Positions 37,075 to 49,835 of a stretch of DNA of 64,000 bases are shown here, piece by piece. The stretch comes from Scyliorhinus canicula (lineage: Eukaryota), in assembly GCF_902713615.1 (NCBI RefSeq), contig NC_052162.1, forward strand, positions 71,435,686 through 71,499,685. The letters are read 5' to 3'. Positions within the stretch are counted from its first letter, which is position 1. The number at the start of each line of letters is the position of its first letter. A program made the position numbers and the translations under genes. The notes under the pieces are model-generated. The model was not told the DNA's origin and searched no databases. It saw only the letters and a list, made by a program, of their open reading frames with translations.

Positions 37075-37715
37075 TAAATGGGACATGGGCAACGATGGCT
37101 GGAAAAGCATTTATTTCCCATTCCCAAATTCCCTTGAGGGAGCAATTAACAGTCAACCACATTACTGTGGATCTGGAATCACATGTAGGCCAGACCAGGT
37201 AAGGTGGCACAGAACAGCACTGCTGCCTCACAGCTCCAGGGATCCGGGTTCAATTCCAGTCTTGGGTGACTGTCTGTGTGGAATTTGCACTTTCTCCCTG
37301 TGTCAGCGTGGGTTTCCCCTGGGTGCTCCGGTTGACTCACAAAGTCCAAAGAAGTGCAGGTTAGGTGGATTGGCCGTGCTAAGTTGCTCCTTAGTGTCCA
37401 AAAGGTTAGATGGGGTTACTAGGTTATGAGGATAGGGTGGAGACATGGTCTTAGGTAGGGTGCTCTTTCTACGGGCCGATGCAAACTCGATGGGCTGAGT
37501 GGCCTCTTTCTGCACTGTACATTCTGTGATTCTCTATGGCCGATCAGTGAACCAGATGGACTTTTACAGCAATCGACAATGTCATCATTAGGCTTTTAAT
37601 TCCGGATTTTTATTGAATTCAAATTTCACCATATGCAGTGGTGGGATTTGAACCTGGGTCCCAGAGCATTACCCTGGGTCTCTGGTTTGATAGTGCAGTG
37701 ACAATAACACTCTCT
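37075..37715 (-). mobile_element. Family-C SINE with a nested HE1 SINE (37202-37537, plus)
   Basis: Reverse family-C body interrupted by an HE1 head, core and tail. Confidence 0.8.
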
Positions 37716-39715
37716 CCCTTTTGACTCCTGTCTGCCCTCTGAAACGGCAAAGAAGCATTGGTATGTTATTTTATACAAATCAGTCAAGGGATATCAGCTT
37801 CTCTGGCTGGACCAGCATTTATTGTCCATTCCTTTGAAAATCTGGTGGTGAGTTAACTTCTTGAACTGCTGCAACCCATTGGGCATAAGTGCATCCATAG
37901 TGCTGTCAGGGAGGGATTCCAGGATTTTTATCCAGTGACAGCAAAGGAAGGGCAATATCTTTCCAAGTCAGGATGGTGAGATGGGGATATGGATGAGTAA
38001 TAAAAGATGGCTTTGTCACCGATACCGAAATCCCAGGATGATATCTATTTCTTTTAAATCACGGAAATGCAAATTTGCACTGGTCATAACCTATGTTTGA
38101 AATTCCATGATTGCTTGAGCTGACTTGCCCAATTTTCAGGAAAAATTCGGCAAGAAATATCAGTGCATCCGAAAGGAAACTCGAGGCCAGTATTCTGCAA
38201 AAATAGAGATTGCAGAATGGCTGATGGATTTTCTCGGGTAATCTGCATGAGAAGGAAATTGAAATAAGACCTTGGGGGAAGAAAAATATGTTTGGAGTTT
38301 AGAAAGTGGGCAGAGAAGTTGATTTATAGATAGAATTCTATCTGCTGCAGCCCCAAATGGAAGCCAATAGCACTTCATATCAACAGTGTTTGTATAATTG
38401 ATAAGTGACTGTGATCAATGCAATCTTTACTGGAAATGTTGCTTTCTGAGAGACTAGGGTTGATTAGCCACCCAGCAAATCTCTGCTCCCAGCCTTTAGA
38501 ATGGAATAGGAAGATTGGATGCTTAGCTCTTTCATTTCCCTGGTGAAAGCACATCTTGCTGTTCTTTGTGTGTAAGCTACAGACCAGTCCAAAAAACTGA
38601 ATAGGCTATTGCATGCATGGCTATGGATGGGGGAAGAAGGATGGAAGTGTTTAGTTATAAGGATCCAGCCATTATGGTATCGGGCACGTTTAATGGACCA
38701 GCTGGTCTTTCCCTGTCCACCAAAGTGCGTACATATTGATATTTGTCGAGAAGACATTCCCAGTTACACTGCTATCCACAAAACGTAGGTAGACATTCTA
38801 AAACCTCAGTGTTTAAGTAAGAAAAGGAAGTTAGTTTTTTGCTGCATCTTTTCAAATATGTCTTGCTCAATTAATGTTTAATGTATGATTACATTTTGTT
38901 TTGAGATTGTAGCTAATATGGATTCTAGTTTTATTTTGGAAAAGTGTATAGATGTATATTGCATCAGTTTTCACTGCAGAGGATTCAAGTAACATCCCAG
39001 AAGCATCAATAAAGCAGGAAATGGAAGGGAAAAAGGAACACAGAAATTAAAATCACCAGAGAAGAGGTACTGAGTTAATTGTTGACCTGCGGACTGAGAA
39101 GAGCCTGTCTCCTGATGGACTTCAACTGAGGGTCTTAAAGGAAATGTCTGGTGTGATAGTTGTCGTATAGGTTTAAATTTTCCCAAACTCCCTCGGTGCG
39201 GTGAATGTCCTATTAGATTGGAAGATAGCGAATGTGACTTCTTTATTCAAAAGGGGAGGGAGACAGAAGAAGGAAACCAGGTCAGATAGCCACGCGAAAA
39301 TATGAGAGACTATTACTGAAGAAGTTATAGATCCTGTTATCATTTACTTTGAGGGGATTTGAATACAGAAAAATTAAGGTTTTGCTTTAGTTTTACAGGG
39401 TACTGGCGCGACTATATTTGAAATATTGTGTACAATGCTGATCACCATTTTAAGAAAGGATGTAAATGCATTGGAAGCAATTCAGAGAAAGTTTTATTAA
39501 TCATTCATGGGATTTGGGCGTCGCTGGCTAAGCCAGCATTTATTGCCCATCCCTAATTGCTCTTGAGGGGGCAGTTAAGAGTCAACCACATTGCTGTGGG
39601 TCTGGAGTCACATGTAGACTAGACTTGGTAAGGACGGCAGATTTCCTTCCCTAAAGGACATTAGTGAACCAGATGGGTTTTTATGAAAATCGACAGTGGA
39701 TTCTTGGTGATTATT

Positions 39716-39917
39716 AGTCCAAAGATGTGCGGGTTAGGTAGATTGGCCATGCTAAATTGCCCGTAGTGTCCTAAAAAGTAAGGTTAAGGGGGGTGGGGTT
39801 GTTGGGTTATGGGTATAGGGTGGATACGTGGGTTTGAGTAGGGTGATCATTGCTCGGCACAACATCGAGGGCCGAAGGGCCTGTTCTGTGCTGTACTGTT
39901 CTATGTTCTATGTTCTA
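39716..39917 (+). mobile_element. Young HE1 SINE, 5'-truncated
   Basis: Matches the 3' half of 14661-15010. TATTAG at both junctions. Confidence 0.9.
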
Positions 39918-39960
39918 TTAGACATTTAATTCCCAATTAGATACCAGACTAATACCTGGA

Positions 39961-40317
39961 ATAGAACATAGAACATAGAACAGTACAGCACAGAACAGGC
40001 CCTTCGGCCCTCAATGTTGTGCCGAGCCATGATCACCCTACCCAAACCCACGCATCCACCCTATACCCGTAACCCAACAACCCCCCCCTTAACCTTACTT
40101 TTTTTTATTAGGACACTACGGGCAATTTAGCATGGCCAATCCACCTAACCCGCACATCTTTGGACTGTGGGAGGAAACCGGAGCACCCGGAGGAAACCCA
40201 CGCACACAGGGGGAGGACATGCAGACTCCACACAGACAGTGACCCAGCCGGGAATCGAACCTGGGTCGCTGGAGCTGTGAAGCATTTATGCTAACCACCA
40301 TGCTACCCTGCTGCCCC
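39961..40317 (-). mobile_element. Young full-length HE1 SINE
   Basis: Reverse complement of the 14661-15010 type. Confidence 0.95.
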
Positions 40318-40479
40318 TGGGTGGGTTGGCTTATGAGGAAAGGTTGAACAGGCTAAGCTTGTATACTGAAGTTTAGTAGAAGTGTCCATATCTGAGGAAG
40401 GATGTTCTTGCTATGGAGGGAGTGCAGCGGTTTACCAGGCTGATTCCTCGGATGGCAGGACTCTCATATAAGGAGAGAT

Positions 40480-41125
40480 TGGGCATGAATTAACTAAGAA
40501 GGTCCCATGGTGACCGCGTTTAGCCACATGTTTCTCAATGCTTGTCGTGTCGACAAACACATGGCTATAAAATGCCACTGACGTTAGATAAGGGGCCTCA
40601 GTGGGGAATGCAAGGCAGAGGCCACACATAGCCCCGTTTTGTGCACTGAGGAGTTGCGCTTGTCAGAATTCCTCAGCAGCGCAAGAGATCAGGGCACCAT
40701 TTTTAAATGGTGTCCCAATTCCGCGGCCCCTGCCACGACACTCCCCAAGCCCCAACACACTAGGGGAGGATCCCCAGTCCATCCCACCCCCAGCCCGATC
40801 ACCAGCTTGGCACCTTGGCAGTGCCAACCTGGAAATGTCATGTGGGCAACTTGGCAGTGCCAGACCCACAGCCAGGCAGTGCCAGAGTGCCCTGGTGGCA
40901 CTAGAAGTGCCAGGGTACCACCCTGCCCAGAGAGCGTGCCTGGGAGACCTCCAATCCCATGAGAGACTTCCACGAGTGTCATTGCATCTGGTCCCCGTTT
41001 CTGGAGACCATTACTGAAGAGCGGTCTCCAAGGCAAAGGGGATTGATCCCATGCCTGGGGTAATTCGGGAATCTGCACATTCAGTGAGATTAGCAGTTTT
41101 GCTTTAACATGCAGATTTCCTAAAA
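40480..41125. mobile_element. Harbinger-like MITE fragment
   Basis: Reverse homolog of 35198-35990 with an internal hairpin GGAATCTGCA..TGCAGATTTCC. Confidence 0.6.
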
Positions 41126-42574
41126 AGTGTCTTGAGCCTTTGGAACATTCTTCCTCTAAAGCTTATGGAAGCAGAGTCTTTGAGTATTTTTAAGGAATTG
41201 CTGGATAAATTCTTGGCAAACAAGGGGTTGATAGGCTATTGGGGCTATGCATTATTCGGATTTGAAGTTACTATCAGATTTGCACTGATCTTACTAAATT
41301 GTGGAGCAGGCCTGAGGGGTTAATGGCCTTCTCCTGCTCCTTGTTCATATGTTTGTATTAATTATTTTGCAGCTATTAACTATTTAAGCGTTGAAAAAGG
41401 GAAAGTCAATTGAGTTAATAGCAATTCTACCCTTACCTGCCACTGATAATGCAAATGTCACGTGTGTACAAATGATTGCAAGCTAACCCACAGATTATGG
41501 AGGCTTCTGCTCTGGTTGTTGTGAAGTGCTGGCCCAGCACTTATATTGGTTACAGTGGATGTGGAAATGTTTTGCAGTGTCCCTCCACTGATAGCATTAC
41601 AGAAAATATCAACCATGCCTCTGGATGAGTAACTCTCCACAAAACGACTTATCTGATAGACCAAAGCACACGGGCTTTGTGGGATTTTGATAGCATAACC
41701 AAGCTTTCTCCCTCAGCAGGAGGGTCAGTAACTAGAGGACATCTATTTTGTGTTTTGCAAAAATAACCAGAGTGGAGACAAAGAAACTTTTGCTTTTATG
41801 CAATTGGTTGTAATGACCTGGAATGCACTGCCTGAACAGGTGATGGAGGAAGATTGAATAGTAACGTTGCAAAGAGGAATTACATAACTACCTGAAGCAG
41901 AAAGAAAATGGCAGGACTATGAGGTGAAAGCAGATGCGTGGGAATATTTAGACAGCTCTTCCATGCAGCTAGCACAGGCACATTCGGTTGAACAGTCTCT
42001 TTCTGCGCTCTATCATTCTATGAGTGGCACATTAAGATTTTGTAGGAAGTATGGCTGGTGAATTAATGAGCAGCACAGTTAATCTGACTGCAGTAATTGC
42101 TGGTGCCTAAGTCGGACCTTCTTCTCACACCATTAAAGCATCAAAGCATGACCAACTGGTCTTTTCATGCCACCAATTTTGTATTTACTGATGATTGTGG
42201 CAAAGACATTCCGATGACATTTATGCTCATGAAATGTAGTGCTACAGACAGGACAGAGAAAGGCAAACTGTATTTATTCTCTTTTATAAACTGTCCATAA
42301 GTGGAAGGTGTTTGAATTACTTTAAAGTGTGCGGTGATGTGCTTCCTGGACCCTGATGCTGGGAAGTTGTCGGATAGAAAATATCTCTCCCACATCCGCA
42401 TCAGGTAGATTTACAGTGGTGCAGCTGGGTTTGTCTTTACATCTTGTTTTAAATGCAGTGAGTGGCCCTGCCAAGTCTCCTCGCTGTCCTGCATTTAGGT
42501 GGGTGAAGACAGGGGTCCAATCTCATTAGAATTTCCCTGTTGGTTCATCGGATATTCGAGGATTCACATGGAAA

Positions 42575-43625
42575 AACAGAAAAAAATTGGAACAGGAAGA
42601 GGCCATTCGGTCCTTTGAGTCTGCTCCGCCATTAATTATAATCATGCTGATGTTCCCATGTTTCCCCTATGATTCCTTTAACCCCAGGAGCTACTTCTAC
42701 CTCCCTTTTGAAAACACACACTGTTTAGGCCTCAACTACTTTTTATGGTAGTGAACATCACAGGCCAACGACTAGATTTCTCCTCATCTCAGTCCGAAAT
42801 GGTCTACCCCGTACACTCAGACTGTGAGCCCTGATTCTGGACATCCCCACCATCGGGAACATTCTTCCTGCATCTACCTTGTCTGGTCCAGTTAGAATTG
42901 TATAGTTTTCTTTGAAGTTCATTCTTCTAAACTCCAGTGAATTTAAACCTAACCGACTTAATCTCTCCTCATATGTCAGTCCTGCCATCCCATAAATCTG
43001 TCTGGTAATACTTTGCTGCACTCCCTCTATGGCAATAACATTCTTCCTCAGATAAGGAGATCAAAACTGCATGCAAGATTCCAGGTATGGTATCACCAAA
43101 TCCCTGTGTAATTACAGCTAGACATCCCTGCTCTTATAATCTAATCCTCTCGCTCTGAAGGCCAACATACCATTTGCCTTCTTCACCGCCTGCTGCATCT
43201 GCAAGCTTCCTTTCAGCAACTCATGTATGAAGACACACGTGTCATTGCGCATTCCCCTCTCTCAATCTATAGCTGTTCAGATAATAATCTGCCTTCCTGT
43301 TTTAGCTACCAAAGTGGATAACCTCACATTTATGCACATTATACTGCATCTACCATGCATTTGCCCACTCCCTCAACTTGTCCAAATCTTACGAAAGCAT
43401 CTCTGCATCCTCCTCACAGCTCACTCTCCTTCTCAACTTTGCATCATAACCAAATTTGGAGATATTACATTTAAATCATTAATATACATTGTCAATAGCT
43501 AGGGTGCTAGCATTGATCCCTGCGGTACTCGACTAGTCACTGCTTGCCCCTTGAAAAAGAGTTGTTTATTCCTACTCCTTGTATACTGTCTGTCAACCAG
43601 TTTTCTATCCATCTCAATACACTAT
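42575..43625 (-). mobile_element. CR1 LINE 3' fragment
   Basis: MAGLTYEERLSRLGLNSLEFRRM...DKVDAGRMFP...RAHSL.VRGRPFRTEMRRN. Confidence 0.9.
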
Positions 43626-43951
43626 CCCAAATTCCTTGCACTTTCACCTCTGTCTCGCTGCAATTCATTTTCACTGTTCCGATCTTGCTCTCTTGTTTCA
43701 GAAATTGATTTTCTCCTAAACTCTGCTTCCTGTAATGCTACTGCACTCGGGCAGACGTTCATCTCCAGCTGTACCCCTTTTACTCTTCAGCTAGGTGAGG
43801 CATCACCATAACCTTTCCTTGGTTTATTTGGGAACTTTCTTCATCCCCATGTAAATCTGCCAAAAAGCTATCGGCTAAATCAATCATCGGCTCAGTACTC
43901 ATTTCTTTGGCTTGGGAATGGGCATTCCCCAAATCAATTTTATGTTTGAAA

Positions 43952-44307
43952 GGGGCAGCATGGTAGCATGGTGGTTAGCATCAATGCTTCACAGCTCCAG
44001 GGTCCCAGGTTCGATTCCCGGCTGGGTCACTGTCTGTGTGGAGTCTGCACGTCCTCCCCGTGTGTGCGTGGGTTTCCTCCGGGTGCTCCGGTTTCCTCCC
44101 ACAATCCAAAGATGTGCGGGTTAGGTGGATTGGCCATGCTAAATTGCCCGTAGTGTCCTAATAGTAAGGTTAAGGGGGGGGAGTTGTTGGGTTACGGGTA
44201 TAGGGTGGATACGTGGATTTGAGTAGGGTGATCATTGCTCGGCACAACATCAAGGGCCGAAGGGCCTGTTCTGTGCTGCACTGTTCTATGTTCTATGTTC
44301 TATGTTC
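43952..44307 (+). mobile_element. Young full-length HE1 SINE
   Basis: Same subfamily as 14661-15010. Confidence 0.95.
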
Positions 44308-45739
44308 AACATCCCTTGGAACACTTTGCCCCCCCAAATGGAGGTTTAGCTCTTGCTGTATGCCCTTGCGGATCTTAAACTTGGTTTGTCTGGTTGGGAA
44401 CATACTTTGCTCCTATTTAAATCTGAAAAGGTCTCTCCAAACCATACTTCTCACACACTCTCTCTTTCAAATACACACATGTATACACACAATTAATGGG
44501 CCATGTTACATGACCCCAAACCTCTGGCACACACACACACGCACAAAATAACGGGGAGATTTTGAACTATAGATGCAAACAGTACACGAACCTAAACAAT
44601 ATATATTAGTTCACGTCAGAGTCCAATGAGAAATTATTTCATGCTAGAATTCGAGTTCAGCTGACTGAAGACTAGAGTTGCAGAATTTTCTTTTTCCAGT
44701 TGGTGCTGATATCACAAGATGAAATAGATACACAGAGACTGAGTTGGTTCTGCGAGCAATGGTAGGAAATTGTCCAGCAGAGACAGACATTAAGAAGCAG
44801 GCTGGAGTTCTGCCTCTTGGGGAAGAGTGAGGTTCATTGGTTCGATGTTAAACAGCATGCCTATGGGACTAAAGATATAATGTTAAAACTGTCCAAAAAG
44901 GCCAGAGGCTTGGGTCATGTAACATGGTCCTGTTAATTTTTAGTTGCAGCTGAACATCCGGTCTATGTGCTTTTGGCCAGAATTCCATTGTTCCTTCTTA
45001 GGAGAGAGGCAAGGACGTTATTAGCATCTCTTCCAGTACAATTAATTTCAATCTCTCTCTTTTCTCATAGTTGAGGGTTCATATGCACTTCCTCTGCTTT
45101 TGTTGATTACAAAGAGGTGTGAGAGTCCAGCGGCCAAGGGAGGGATTATTTTATTCTTGCAACTCCCAGAATCAATGTCACCATGTGACTTGGAACAACC
45201 ATCTTTTTCGGTTCAGCATTTTTTAAAAATGGCAAACAAGTAAAATTTGGGGTGTCTTTTCACTTCATGTGGAACCCAACAGTAGGCAGACATTTTAAAG
45301 CCCCAATTTTAAAATTCCAAGTCTCATTTCAAAGCCAAAGTTTGTTGTGAATTACCAAAAGGTTCTGTTTTTGATCCAGTAATCGATTAGCTGCAAAGGC
45401 ACACGCTGTGGTCATGCAAATGTTGTGGATGACTGACATTTAGAGCAACTGATTGATGCACTGATTAGTAGCATAGCCAAATATTTAATTTATTTTACTA
45501 CAGGCAAATAACAAAAGTAGAACAGGTTTCTCCTGACCTCTGCTGTCTGGCTCGCCTAATACAACCTTTTCAAGCTTACTAACTACATCTCGGAGGATAC
45601 ATGTTGCTGAGAAGGTTGGCATGAGCAATGTGGTGACTTGTGACCTTTTGACCCGCGTGTCGGCTGCTGTTCTAACCTCTAATAACAGAAAAGTCACCGA
45701 TGTTACAGTACATTTTCTCGGAGGCAACTTCCCTCAAAG

Positions 45740-48230
45740 TTTGATAGAAAAACAGAAAATGCTGGAAATACTCAGCAGGTGATGCCTGCATCTGTGGAGT
45801 GCAGATGAGTCAAAGCTTTGGGTCAATGACTTTTCATCGGAACTGGGAAAAAATTTGAAATGTGTTTGCGTGGGTTTCGCTCCCAGAGCCCAAAAGATAA
45901 GCAGGCTAGGTGGATAGGACACGATAAATTGCCCCTTAATTGGAAAAAATGAATTGGGTACTCTAAATTTATTTTTTTTAATTGAAATGTAATAGGGTTT
46001 GAGCAAAGGGTATGTGGGACAAGGACAAAAGGAAAGTCTGTGAGAGGGTGAAAGTCAGGAGAGACTGAATGACTGAAAGATTAGTCTTCCGGGGCCATAG
46101 GGAATGGCGACGGGGCAAGAAAAGAAACAAACAACTTATGTGCTTGGAGGCGGAACGAAGAATGAAGCAGGGATTGTGATCTTAAACTGTTGAAATCAGT
46201 GGGCGGGATTCTCCCAACGGGAGACTAAGGGCACGATTCTCCGCAATGGCCGACGCTGGAGTGAAAACCGGAGTGTTTCACTAGAGCGTCGGAGGCTGCT
46301 CCTCGCCGCCTATTCTCCCACCCCGGGGAGCTAGGAGCGGCGCCGCGTCATTTACGCGCGCCAGGCCATGGCGCCGCATGAAAGCGGCGCCACGTAAATT
46401 ACGCGGAATGACGACACCCGCGCATGCGCAGGTTGGCCGGCGCCAACCCGCGCATACGCGGTTGCCGTCCTCCCCGCGGGCGTCCCGCAAGAAATGGAGG
46501 AGTGATCTTGCGGGGCAGCTGAGGAAAGGAGTGCGTCCTTCAGAGAGGCCCGCCCGCCGATCGGTGGGCACTGATTGCGGGCCAGACCCCTTTTGAGCGC
46601 CCCCTCCCATGCTCGATCCTCCCTCCCCACCCCCACAGGCCGCCCCCACAGCTTTCGCGCGCTGTTCACGCCGGCAGCGACCAGGTGTGGTTGGTGCCGG
46701 CGTGAACCCGTCGTATTTGGCAGGCCGCTCGGCCCATCCGGGCCGGAGAATCGCCGCTCGCCCATTACAAACGGCGAGCGCCGATTCTCCGAGCGGCCTG
46801 CCGTAAATCTCGGCGCACCATTTTGGGCGGGGTGGGAGAATGGCGTGCGGATGCCAGGGCGGCGTGGCGGGACTCGCCCGGTGCCCCCCCCCCCGATTCT
46901 CCCACCCAGCGTTGGGGTGGGGGGGGGGGGGGAGAATTGCGCCCAGTGTTGAGTCAAAAGAGCTTTGAAGTGCCGAATTGAAAGATGAGGTGCTGCTCCT
47001 CAACCTTTCATTGAGATTCACTGGAACAGGGCATCAGGCTGAGAACAGAGCTGGTCAGCCAGGTGCTGAATTAAAATGACAGGCCACCGAGAACTCGGGG
47101 TCATGTTTTCAGATTAAATGGCAGTGTTCTGCAAAGCAGCCATCCAATCTGCACTTGGTTTCTCCAGTGTAAAGGAGACCAAATTTTGAGCAGCGAATCA
47201 GTGCACTAGATTGAAAGAAGCCCACCTAAATTGCTGGTTCACCTGGAATGAGTGTCTGAGCTTGTGCGGTGACCTCTTTATTTGGTTGGAATGATGCCAT
47301 GGGTAAGGGGCTGAAGTGTTGGGGTGACTGAGGAGTGGACCAGAGTATCATGGAGGGAATGTTCCCTTCGGAATGCTGAAATGGGAGGTAAGAGGAAGAT
47401 ATAGCTGGTGCTGGCATCATGCTTGAGGTGGTGGAAAATGATCCATTGAATATGGAGGCTGGTGGGGTGGAGAGTGAGGGCAAGCGGAACCATATCTTGG
47501 CTCTGTGAGGTAGGGGAAAGGGTGAGAGCAGAACTGTGAGAAATGTGGTGGATATGGTAGAGAACAACCATGGTGTCAGGGAAAAAAGAAATCACCGCAG
47601 ATGCACTGCTGTGGAAGGTTGTATCCTCAGAACTATTGTCAGAGATGGAGGAACTGGAGAATGGCGTGAAGTCTTTTTGTGTTTGAGGTGTGAAGATGTC
47701 TAGTTGAGGTAGATGTGGGATTTAATGGGCTTATAATTAATGTTAGTTGGCAGCCTATCACCAGTAATGGAGACAGAAAGAATTCAAAGAAGGAAAGGAA
47801 GAATTGTGAAAGGGACCGTGAAACTGAGAAGTGAGTAGAAATTGAAAGTAAAATTGATGATTTTTTCCAATTCTGCAGGAGCAAGACATGCCACTGATAC
47901 AGTCATCAATGAACCAGACAAAGGGTTGAGGAAGGGGGCACGAGTAGCACTCGAACAAGAAATGTTCTACAAATCGGACAAAAAGGCAGGCATAGGTGGG
48001 ACCCATATGGTGACCCAGAGCAACACTATTTATTTGAAGGAAGTGCGATGAATTGAGGAGAAATTGTTCAACGAGAGAACCAGTTCAACCAAGCAGAAGT
48101 GGTTATGGTCGATGGAAACTGTTTAGGCCTCCATTTAAGAGAATGTGGAGACTCCTCAGTTGATCCTGATGGGGGATGGCGATGTTTACATTGCAAAAGA
48201 CCATTTTCCTGCTTGTATGCCTGTGTGGTG
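45740..48230 (-). mobile_element. Decayed Penelope-like element (RT, GIY-YIG, terminal repeat), interrupted by a MITE and an HE1 fragment
   Basis: MGPTYACLFV..VEH.LF..Y..PLPQPFVWFIDDCI and VPLALTLHPTSLHIQWII..HDAST..IF..PPISAFRREHSLHDTLVHS. YTGETK GIY-YIG remnant at ~47160. Confidence 0.85.
46201..46944. mobile_element. Harbinger MITE, CpG-rich (young)
   Basis: TIRs GGGCGGGATTCTCC / GGAGAATTGCGCCC, TSD AGT. Confidence 0.9.
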
Positions 48231-48416
48231 TAGTGTACATTGAGTGTGAGGGACATGAATTAAGATCTAGATATTGTTTGTAGCTTGGGAAAGCTAGAAG
48301 ATACAGCTCCACACCAATTTGATCAGTTATAAAACTTACAGAAATATGTCACCTTCATCCATATTATACAAAGCACGTTGTCACATTATTGATAATGTCC
48401 TAAGCTCAGAAAGCTG

Positions 48417-49515
48417 GGGCGGAATTCTCTGCTCCCGCGAAAAATCGGGAAGGCCGTCGTGAACTCGGCCGAGTTTCACGACGGCCTCGGAGGCCGCTCC
48501 TCTCACCTTATTCACCCCCACCCGGGGGGCTAGGAGCAGCCCTCCGTAACTCTCGGCCGCCGGGCCTTGGCGCTTGCGTCAAGGCGGCGCGCCGAGAATG
48601 ACGCGGCCGGCGTGCCTAAGTGACATCAGCCGCGCATGCGCAGGTTGGCCGGCTCTAACCCGCGCATTGGCGGCTGACGTTAAGACGGCTGACGGCTCAA
48701 ACCCGCGCATGCGCGGTTGCCGTCTTCCCCTCCGCTGCCCCGCAAGACGTGGTGGCTTGATCTTGCGGGGCGGCGGAGGAGAAAGAGTGCGTCTCTTTGA
48801 GATGCTGGCCCGACGATCGGTGGGCACCGATCGTGGGCCAGTCCCCTCCCGAGCATGGCCGTGGTGCTCACTCCCCTCTCCGCACCCCACAAGCTTCAAA
48901 CCAGCTTTTGGCGCCATGTTCACGACGTCAGCAACCAGGTGTGGTTGCCGCCGTCGTGAACCGTTCGCGAACCATAGGCCGCTCGGCCCATCCGGGTCGG
49001 AGACTCGCCGGTCGCCTTGAAAAATGGCGAGCAGCGATTCTTCCGAGCGGGGGGTGGGAGAATCGTGGGGGGCACCAGGGGGGCGTTTCGTGTGTCGCCC
49101 GACCCAACATGCCCCACAGGCCACCCCCTGACCATGCCCCACCAGCCCCCCCCCCCCCCCCCCCCCACCCCGCCAGCACTTGCGGAAGACGCCTCCGACC
49201 AGTGGCACAGATCCCGGCTGAGTATGGAAGCACTGACACAGTCTGCAGCCGCCATGCCGGATCCCTAACCACTGAGACCACATGTGTCCTGTGCCATCGG
49301 AAGCTAGGGCCATCGGGGGTGAAGCATTACGGGAGAGTCGGCTGATGACGTACCAACACGGTTGCAATGGCTCGCCGTGCGACACGGTGATGCTAATTCT
49401 GAGGGGGCAGAGCATGGCTGACCGGCGTCAAACCGGCCCCATCTTGGCGTCAGAGTCGATTTTCCTCCCGATCACCAATTATGATATTGGTGTCGTTCAA
49501 CGGAGAATCCCGCCC
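48417..49515. mobile_element. Harbinger MITE (possibly composite), related to 46201-46944
   Basis: GGGCGGAATTCTC / GGAGAATCCCGCCC. Flanks CTG and AAT do not match. Confidence 0.8.
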
Positions 49516-49519
49516 AATG

Positions 49520-49835
49520 TCTTTCACAACCAAATGAAGTTCCAAAGTGCACCTAGAGAAGCACTTTTATAGTGTAGTCACTGTTGCAATGGAGGAGATT
49601 ATACCCACAGAAAGTTTCCACAACAGCGATGTGACAATAAGCAGATAATCTTTCTGATGCTGATTGAGCGATAATTATTGACAAGGACACCAAGGATAAC
49701 TCCTTTGCTCTTCTTCAAATTCATGTCAAAGTACATTTTAGATACACCCGAGAGGGCAGACTGGGTCTTGGTTCAAAGTCTCATCTGAAAGACTTGCACT
49801 TCAAGAATGCAACACTCCCCCGTACTGCAATGCCT
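49520..49835 (-). mobile_element. DeuSINE-like SINE
   Basis: GGACACC.AGGATAACTCC..TGCTCTTCTTCAAAT..CACCCGAGAGGGCAGAC..GTCTCATCTGAAAGAC Deu-type core. Confidence 0.75.

Larger units (their letters stand above)
38975..41360 (+). mobile_element. Fragmented CR1 LINE carrying nested family-C SINE, two HE1 SINEs and a MITE
   Basis: LDWKIANVTSLFKRG and KDVNALEAIQRKF motifs, 3' end AATGGCCTTCTCCTGCTCC..TATGT. Confidence 0.8.

Noticed and set aside
46281-49415. 246-aa and 278-aa GC-rich ORFs and apparent CpG islands
   Set aside because: They lie inside TIR-bounded Harbinger MITEs. Openness reflects GC content, not coding or promoter function.
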